Of a DNA stretch of 64,000 nucleotides, positions 55,682 through 64,000 are shown piece after piece (positions within the stretch are counted from its first letter, which is position 1; the number at the start of each line of letters is the position of its first letter). A program made the position numbers and the translations under genes. The notes below the pieces were generated by a model. The model saw only the letters and a program-made list of their open reading frames with translations, did not search any database and was not told where the DNA came from. This stretch comes from an uncultured Holophagales bacterium (lineage in GTDB: Bacteria; Acidobacteriota; Thermoanaerobaculia; Multivoradales; UBA5704): assembly GCA_963842525.1 (NCBI GenBank), contig CAWJGT010000023.1, positions 128,001 through 192,000 of the forward strand. Direction: 5' to 3'.

Positions 55682-57058
55682 ATGTCCGTGTCGATCTACG
55701 AAGTGGCGAAGTCGGAGCCCTCCTTGGACTGGGAGGACCTCCTGCTTTGCGTCCAGGAGCGACGCGTCATTCCGATTGTCGGTCGAGAGCTTCTCATTTC
55801 GGATACCGATGCCGAGGGACGCAAGCTCCTGCTCGATCATCGGCTCGCCGTCCGGCTTGCAGCCTTGCTGGATCTGCGCGATGGAAGCCTCCCCCCGGAT
55901 GCCGACCTCAATGAGGTCGCGATGGTCTATCTGCAGCAGGGGGGGCAGCGCCGGAGGATCTACTCGAAGCTCAAAGGCCTGCTGGACGCGGAGTCGCCTG
56001 CGGTCCCGGAGCCGCTGCGCAAGCTGGCGGCGATTGACGATTTCCGGTTGTTCCTCAGCACCACGTTCAACTCGCTGCTCGCCACCGCCCTGGACGAGAT
56101 TCGCTTCGGTGGCGCACCTCGCACGGAGCGGGCCGCGTTTTCGCCTCACCTGCAGATTCAGGATCTCCCTTGCGAAGCGCAGCAGCTCGAGGCGCCGCTG
56201 GTCTACCAGCTCTTCGGCACCGCGACTGCGGCGAGCGACTACGCGGTAACCGACGAAGACGTTCTGGAGTTCCTACACACTCTGCAGTCCGAGACGCGCC
56301 GGCCACAGCTTCTTTTCGACAAGCTCAGGACCCATCACCTGCTCTTCATAGGCTGTGGGTTTCCAGATTGGCTGGCCCGTTTCTTCGTGCGTACCGTGAG
56401 CAACCAGAGACTCTTGAATCCACGCGAAACTTCAGAAATTTTAGCTGATAGCCGTCTGCGAGAGGACCCTCCATTGGCGCGCTTTCTTCGGCTCTACAAC
56501 GCCGAGACGTTCGCGGAAGGTCCGGTGGACTTCGTCGATGAGCTCCACGAACGATGGACGCGGAGTCGTTCCCTCGCTTCGCAACCCGTAAGGCCTGTGC
56601 CTAGTCACGCACCAGCCGAGGCGATCTTCCTCAGCTACGCCAGCGAAGATCTCGCTTGCGCCGAGCGCCTCCAGAGGGCCTTCGAGGTGGCGGGATTGGA
56701 CATCTGGTTCAACCGCAGCCACCTTGAGTCCGGCGACGCCTGGGATCTCCGCATCAAAGCCAACATCCGCCGCTGTTGCCTGTTCATCCCCTTGCTGTCG
56801 CGCAGCGCCCAGAGGAGGCGTGAGGGCTACTTCCGCAAGGAGTGGCGTTGGGCCATCGAACGGGCCGAAGGTGTTGATGACGATGTGCCCTTCATCGTAC
56901 CGGTGATCCGGGACGAAATTACCCCCGGGGCACCTGGAATACCCGAGTACTTCTGGACGCGACAGTTCCACCGCCTGAAAGAGGATGAGCCGGAGGCGGA
57001 ACTGGTTCAGCGCGTCCGGGAAATCGTCCGCGAGCTGCGGGTGCGGGAGGCCGGATGA
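55682..57058 (+). CDS. SIR2-like + TIR fusion protein
   Basis: IPIVG, LSTTFN, VYQLFG, LFIGCGFPDW (SIR2_2-like, degenerate); IFLSYASED..YFRKEW (TIR). Confidence 0.8.
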   Translation: MSVSIYEVAKSEPSLDWEDLLLCVQERRVIPIVGRELLISDTDAEGRKLLLDHRLAVRLAALLDLRDGSLPPDADLNEVAMVYLQQGGQRRRIYSKLKGLLDAESPAVPEPLRKLAAIDDFRLFLSTTFNSLLATALDEIRFGGAPRTERAAFSPHLQIQDLPCEAQQLEAPLVYQLFGTATAASDYAVTDEDVLEFLHTLQSETRRPQLLFDKLRTHHLLFIGCGFPDWLARFFVRTVSNQRLLNPRETSEILADSRLREDPPLARFLRLYNAETFAEGPVDFVDELHERWTRSRSLASQPVRPVPSHAPAEAIFLSYASEDLACAERLQRAFEVAGLDIWFNRSHLESGDAWDLRIKANIRRCCLFIPLLSRSAQRRREGYFRKEWRWAIERAEGVDDDVPFIVPVIRDEITPGAPGIPEYFWTRQFHRLKEDEPEAELVQRVREIVRELRVREAG

Positions 57059-60000
57059 TCGCGGGGGCTAAAGAGGCGGCCGAACCGACAGTCGCTGCTG
57101 ATTCTCAGAACCCTTATTTAGGGCTACGACCCTACGATGAGTGGGATGCCCCCTGGTTCCATGGCCGTGAGCGGGAGGCGGGCGAGCTCCTGCGGCTGGT
57201 TCGCCGCGAGCCACTGACCGTGCTGTTCGGTAAATCGGGATTGGGAAAGACCTCGTTACTCCAGGCGGGACTTTTCCCCCTTTTGCGGCGCAGCGAGTAT
57301 CTGCCCGTTCTGGTCCGCCTCGACCAGGGCGCGACCAGCCCGGAGCTTCCGGCCCAAGTCGCAGCACTCCTCCGAGAGGCGGCTGATGAGGCCAGCCTCG
57401 AGGTAGAGGAACCCGGAGCGGGAGCCACTCTTTGGGAGCACTTTCACCGCCTGCGCGTCTGGAGCCCGCGCAATCGCCTCATTACACCGGTGCTCGTCTT
57501 TGATCAGTTCGAAGAAGTTTTCACCCTCGGCCGAGGGGACCGCCGGGTCGCCGCTTTTCTCGAGGAACTCGCGGATCTGGTAGAGAACCAGATCCCCAGG
57601 GTCGTTCGGAGGCTGCTCGAAGAATCGGGCGAAACACTGCCCTTCTCGTACAACCAAACGCGATGGAGAGTCGTGCTGAGCCTGCGGGAGGACTTTCTGC
57701 CCCAGCTCGAAGACTTGCGGCCGGCCCTCCCGTCCCTTGCTCGCAATCGCTTCCGCCTGCGAGGCCTCTCCGGCCAAGCCGCACTGGAAGCTGTGCTTGG
57801 GCCGGCCATTGGCCTGATCCAGCCCGATGTCGCCGCAGCCGTCGTGCAATTTGTCGCAGCGGCACGGGTCGACGCGGCCGCCAAGGCAGTAGGCAACGCC
57901 GCGCCGGAAGTTGAGCCCTCCCTCCTCGACCTGGTCTGCCACGAGCTCAACCAACGCCGGATCGAGCGCCAGCTTCCGGAGATCACAGCGGACCTCCTAG
58001 CGGAGCAGAAACAAGAGATCCTTTGGGATTTCTACCAGCGCAACGTAGCCGACCTCCGACCCGACGTCCGGGTGTTCATCGAAGAACGCCTGCTCACCGC
58101 CTCGGGATACCGCAGCACAGTGGCAGTCGAGGACGCCCTGCGCTTTCCGGCGGTGGATCGAGAGGTCCTGGAACGCCTGATCGGGAGGCGCCTCCTCCGT
58201 ATCGAGGAGCGGCTCGGCATTCCTCATGTCGAGCTGGTCCACGATGTCCTCACCGAGGTAGTTCTGCAGAGCCGCCAACGCAGGCGACAGCGCGAGGCCC
58301 AGCGCCGCCGCTTCCGGAAAGCGGTGTTCGTGGCGGGCCTCTTTGCCCTGCTTGCAGTGACCTTTGGGGGTGTAGCTTTGATGTCCCTGAGGTCGCGGGA
58401 TGAGGCCAGGGCGCAACGGCGAGAGGTCGAGCGGCGACTGGCCGAGCTCTACGAAGAGCAGGGACGCCAGGAGCCTCTCCCGCGGAGATTGGCAGCGCGC
58501 TCTCCTCTATCTCGGCCAAGCGTACAGGACTGGGCCGGTGAGCGCGTCCCTGCGGATCCTTCTCGGCCAAGCCACGCAGCCCCTGGACCGCCGTCTCACC
58601 TCGCTGGAAGGACACCAGGATGAGGTGTGGGACATCCAACCCTCCCCGGATGGGAAGCAGGCGGTCACGGCAAGCCGTGACGGCACAGCGCGGATTTGGG
58701 ATCACACCAAAGGCCGTCAATTGGCCGTTCTGGCCGGCCACTCGGCAGCTGTAGTATCCGCTCGCTACAGCCCCGACGGCCGACAGATTCTTACCGCCAG
58801 CCGCGATGGCACGGCCGCACTTTGGACCGCTGCCAACGGGCACCTCATCGCCCGTCTCGCCGGGCACAAAGGGGCTGTCTGGACGGCGGAATTCAGCCCG
58901 GACGGGAACTGGATTGCCACCGGCAGCCGCGACGGTACAGCCCGCCTCTGGGATCGGCGAGGGCAGGAGAGGTTCAACCTGACCGGCCACGAGGGGCCGG
59001 TCTCCTGTGTCCTCTTTGCGCCCGATCAGCGGTTCGTCGCCACCGCCTCGTGGGACGGCACAGCGCGGCTCTGGGAGATGTCGACCGGCCGGCCTGTCGC
59101 CACTTTACGTTCGAGCGGGAAACCCCTTCTAAGCCTGGCGCTGAGCCCCGACGGGCAAAAGCTTGCCTCAGTTGCCTCCGACGGCCGGGTGGACCTTTGG
59201 GACCTTCCTATGGGAGCGGTCGTGGCAGTCCTCCGCACGAGCAGCGAGCTCCTGGTTTCGGCTGAGTTCAGCCCCGACGGGACGCGAATCGCTACCGCGA
59301 CCACGACCGGCCGGGCCTTGCTCTGGTCGGTGCCGGAAGGGGAGCTGTTGCGGACCTATGGAGTGGCCGGCCCTGCAGAGCCAGAGAGCGGCGACCTTGC
59401 GACCCGGATGCGTGGCGGTCCCTTCGACCTCGACGAGTCTCTGCTCGCCGGGTCCGTGGATCCAGTCAGCGGCGATCTGCCTGGCGGGGCAAGCTCCATC
59501 TGGACCGCTACCTCCGCCAGATTCTCGGCCGACGGCGACAGCATCCTCATCGGTGGGTCGGACGGGGCCCTGCGGTTCTGGGACCTGGGCAGGCGGCGCT
59601 TCTCCACCGCCGTTGGGCCCGAGGATGACGAGGCCCTGGTCAGCGCCACGGCAACCGCCTCCGACCGCGTGATCACCGAGAGCGCCGGCGGCACGGTTCG
59701 GCTCTGGGATCTTGCTTCGCGCCGGCCCATCGCTGCTTTTGAAGCCGGTGCCTTCTATCCCTCCAGCGGCGATCGGCTCCTGCTCCCCTGGTCCAGTGGC
59801 GGGCAGCTCGTCGAAACCCGCCGAGGTGCAGTGGACTCCGCGCTGCCCACCGGTCTCCTTCGCTACGCCACGTTCGACCCTTCTGGGAAACGATTGTTGA
59901 CCCTTTCCAGCGATTTCCGGGTGCAGCTCTGGGACGCGTCTCAGGGAAGCTCCGTGGCAAGCCTTGGAGAGACTACGCACGGGAGCACCACGGCCCTCAA

Positions 60001-61957
60001 CCAGCGAGTCCAGTTCAGTCCCGATGGACGCCGGGTGGCGACAGTAGGTCCATCGGGAGTCCGTCTGTGGGACGCCGGAACCGGAGGGCAGATCACTGAG
60101 TTTCCGGGTGCCCGCGCAGTGGCTTTCAGCCCAGACGGCCGTCGCCTGCTGATGGAAGGCACGCCTGGCGAAATTTGGAATACTGAAAGCAGCTCCAGTG
60201 GCCCTCTCGCCGCAGCTCCGCCGGTAGCTGGGGACACAGTCCAGCTTGGAATTGCAGGAGAGATTGCCTATCAGGTACGGAGCGCACCCGGAGTCGATCC
60301 CTCGGTTCTCCTCTGGAGCACTCTAGACGGCCGCTGGTTGGGCGTTCTCCCTGGTAAAGCTCTCCAAGGAGCCTGGCTCATGGCGCAGGAGCCCACCGGC
60401 GCCAGGATGGTCGTAAGCGGCGATAATGCCTCATATATCTGGGATCTGCGGACGAAGACGCTCCAGAGGACACTTCCTTTCCGACTCGCGGACATCTCCT
60501 TTCATCCCAGACGTGCTCTTGCCGCCGCAAGGTCGATCGAAGGCAGTGTCTGGCTTCTCGACCTGGAAAGGGGGACAGACTTCCTCGTGGGAACTGCTGA
60601 AACATCACCCGGCACTTCCGCGAGCGGTCTCGCTGGGATCGCTTCGTCAGCAGCAGCCTGGTTTGCCTCGGCCCGATTCAGTCCCGATGGCAAGAGTCTC
60701 TTAACCGCCGGTCCGTCCGGCGCCACGGCCATCTGGGACGTTGAGAGCGGGCGTCTGATCCAGGCGCTTGCAGGGCATGCGGGACCGGTCTGGAGCGCCC
60801 GTTTCGCCAACTCCGGCGATGTGGTGCTCACCGCGGGGGCGGATCAGGCGGCAACGGTCTGGAATGTCAAAACAGCTCACAGCACGGTTCGCCTCCGACT
60901 GGCGGGCCCCCTGGTAGCTGCGGACATCACCAACGACGGCAAGCGTGTCGCAGTGGCGAACGGCAGCGGGGTCGCCGCCTTGTTCGACCTGAAGAGGCCT
61001 CGGCGCGCCGTGCGGCTTTGGGGCTCGCCAGGCCTGCGCTCGGTCCGATTCCGATCTGATGGAGAACTCCTGGCAGGAGGCGGCGAGGACGGGCGCGTCC
61101 GCCTCTGGAGCGCCCTGCGCGGAGGGCGGCCTCGGGCGACTCTGGCCGATCCCCTACGGATGGCACGCAACGGCATTTCTCAGGCGATCGTCGGCCTGGA
61201 CTTCGATGCTGACGGACGACGCATCGTGACCGTTGGAGAGGATCGGGTCTCCCGCATCTGGGATCTCGACGCTTACTCCGTGGTGGGTCGATTCTCCAAC
61301 CGATTCTATGCCCTCCAGGCGGCAGCCCTGGCACCCGGCGCCGAACAGGTCGCCATCGGCGGGGACAGCACGGCTCAGATCTGGAACGTCGGCCGGCCTC
61401 GCCCGTTCACGTCATTGGCGTTGGAGCCACACTCATCGATCTCCGCGATCCTGTTCAGTCGCGATGGATCACAGATCCTGACCGCCGGCCGGCCCCCCAC
61501 GGTTGAGCTCTGGGATACAGAACGCGGTGAGGCAGTAGCGAGCCTCGAAGGCCATGTCGGCACCGTCTGCTGCGCTGACTTCGACCGAGACGGCGATCTG
61601 GCACTCACCGCAGGCGCGGACGGTATGATGAACGTCTGGGACCCCCGACGGGGCAAACGGCTCGCTACCCTCGAGATGCGGGCCTCCAATGCCATTCGTG
61701 CCCGCCTAGCTCCCGATGGGTCCCGCGCGACGGTGGTGTTCGCCGATGGCGTGGTGAGACTCTTCGACATCCCCTTGGAACAAAGGAGCCGCGAGGAAAT
61801 CGACCTCCTCCTGCGCTGCTATGTCCCCCTACGCCTGATCGATGACCGCGTGGCTTCCGCCGCACCGGATCCGTCAGCCTGTCGGCAGGTCTTCACAGTC
61901 GAGCGTCTGGGCCGGAAGCCGGGGTCGTCTCGACCTGGAGAAAGGGTATCACCATGA
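57055..61957 (+). CDS. STAND (nSTAND1-like) NTPase - TM - WD40 repeat protein (apparent frameshift near 58475)
   Basis: NPYLGLRPY, GKSGLGKTSLLQAG, FDQFEEVFT, LSLREDF, ELVHD; many GH..SPDG..TASRDGTARIWD repeats. Confidence 0.88.
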
Positions 61958-64000
61958 AACAGAAGGTAGGCGTGAGCCTCCTCGTCGCATTGGCGCTGGC
62001 AATGAGGCTTTTGGCCATAACGCCCGCGGAGCGAGCCAGGGGGGTGTGGGGGGATTTAGAAGACGCAACGATTTCACTGATGTCGCAAGAGGAGGCACTC
62101 AAGGCTGCAAAGAGCCTGGAATCGCAGTGGCAGAAGGATGCTGCTCTTCACATGGCGGTAATAGAAGCCAGGCTCGGCGATCTCTATCTAGCGGCAGAGG
62201 ACTTTCGACAGGCGGCGTCGTTCTACTCCGAGGCTGCTCGACATGGAAGTACTGTCGAGAGTCACCGCGGAGCACTTCAGGGAGGGAGCCTTTACTTCCA
62301 TGAGATCTATCGGTCTGAGAGATATTCTTCGAGCTTCCCCGTTGAGACTAATTATCTGCTCCGGATCGATCCGGCAACTGGACAGGTGCGGGAGAGGTAT
62401 TTCCTACCAGGCGTGCCGGTGGCCTACCAGGTACGTGGCGAGTGGGGCGCGATTGAGTACCGGATCCCATCGGTGAGTGGCGAGGAGCATCTCGCAAAAA
62501 TCCGGTTAAAAAGGGGACGGCTCGACCTCCCCATCAGCACTATCGGGATGACGGAGGATATGTATCAGGCATTTCGATCAATGGAGGGCGGCTGGGCTTT
62601 GGCCGTCAACTTTCTTTACAAAAAGGACGAGACGGGGAAGGATCGGGAGAGCCGGCGCTTCACCGCGCGTCAAGACCCCTACGCGGATGCCCCGTCCCGA
62701 GCTGCGGACCTGGAACGCGCACTGCGCGCCCAGATTGCTCGAGACCCGACGCAACCCTGGCATTTTTTCTTTCTAGGACAAGCCTTATCTGTTCAAGGGC
62801 GGCATGACGAAGCAGCAGCTAGCTGGGAAAGGATCTTCTCAGGAGGCTTTCCGGAAACCCCATACTGGGAATTCGGCTGGATGGCACGACTTTTCGAGCG
62901 CTATGACCAGAACTCTTGGGCTGACCGAGCCTTTCGAGAATCCCTTGAACGGCGCCGTAAGCTACCACAGCCGGTCGTCTTCGATCATTTTAGTACTTTG
63001 CACGCTCCATTCCGCTATACAGCGACAGTTGAGCCTTCTCCAACCAGGTCCGCCCCCGACCGGGCCTACATCTGGTGGCTGAGAACTCGGGAAATCGTAG
63101 GATTTTCAGACCGTGGACGATTTTCGAGCTCACGCTTGGGCCGACTACTTCGGAAGTCATGGAGATGCGGAGAAAGAGAAGAGAGAGCTGGCTTACCTGG
63201 CGGACATCAACCGAATTCGCGGAGCTCCTATCTTTGTTATTACCGATCTGGCATGGGATGACTACGGCGGATGGCTCCTGCTCGCGAGCCTCGCTGGAGC
63301 ATGTCTCGTTCTCGCCAACTGGCTGCGCCATGTATCACGGAGTCATCTTCTGCCGCTCGGCCACCGTCTACAGGAGTTGGGGAGATCCGAGCCCCTCACG
63401 TCGATCCTACTGGTTGCGGCGCTCGCCACTTCAATGGTGGGTATTGTCTTCGAAAGTCTCTGGCTGTTGGAAGTGAGTATCGCGATGGGCTCGCTGTGTC
63501 TGGCTCATTTCGGCTGGCGTGCTTGGCGCCGGAAGCCAATATTCCGGCATATTTTCAAGCCCGGGTCGCGACCTCTAGCTTCCTTAAACAGGATCAAATG
63601 GGGGGGGCATGGTATCGTGGTCATCGGGTTGATCGGCCTGATCATCGGGACCTTTCTCCATGGGACAGCAATCAGCTACTTAAACCGACAGGACGCCCTC
63701 TATTCAGGGTCCAGTGGAAGTCACCACCAAAGCGAAAGCGGCGAGGTGCGGTTTGCCGAAGCCGTCTCAAGCCATCTTTCTGGAGACCTTGAGCGAGCCA
63801 AGAATATCTATCTCTCACTGCCATCGGATCCACGCGCCCGAAGTAATCTGAAAGCGTTGGAGCAAGGCCGACTACCCTTGAGCTTGAGCAATCAACAAGA
63901 ACTCTATCGAGTCAACTTCAGCTCCCTGCTACTCGAGGCAAGCCGGCAAACCCTACGACCTTGGAAAATCTGGTCGAGTTGGGCTAGCATTGGCTTCTAT
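61954..64000 (+). CDS. Secreted/membrane TPR-containing protein, broken by frameshifts after ~63120 and probably running off the window
   Basis: Signal peptide; DPTQPWHFFFLGQALSVQGRHDEAAASW TPR; overlaps previous stop (ATGA); 3' extent uncertain. Confidence 0.5.

Overview
High-GC window, Acidobacteria/Thermoanaerobaculia-like by inference from an ADOP permease and CHAT/TPR loci. 1-26.2 kb is mostly minus-strand chromosome: the start of a lipopeptide NRPS cluster (FAAL-ACP-C-A-T, then C-A), an ADOP permease, a VOC protein, aceE, a sigma4/anti-sigma/CHAT/peptide/clan-CD protease locus, add, coaD, a SpoIVB-like peptidase pair and tsaC/sua5. From ~26.3 kb an integrative element begins, with a tyrosine integrase, AlpA, an XRE repressor behind divergent promoters, and an AEP-type Rep. 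Its cargo is separated by a recurring ~110-bp repeat (5 copies) and tandem palindrome arrays. Two 1,576-bp IS110/IS1111-type elements sit at the same CT in two of these repeats, and their downstream non-coding region has readable bridge-RNA-like target and donor guides. Cargo: a TPR protein with a secreted 'DPNG' peptide, an AT-richer four-gene operon (Nudix; guanylate-kinase-like + NDT-like; Nudix fusion; double guanylate-kinase-like) that I cannot assign to a named system and rank as the best novel-defence candidate, and a six-gene BREX. A pilN/pilO-like pair, a SIR2-like-TIR gene and a STAND-NTPase-WD40 gene follow. Many apparent frameshifts suggest uncorrected assembly indels. All calls come from reading motifs by eye; no searches were run.
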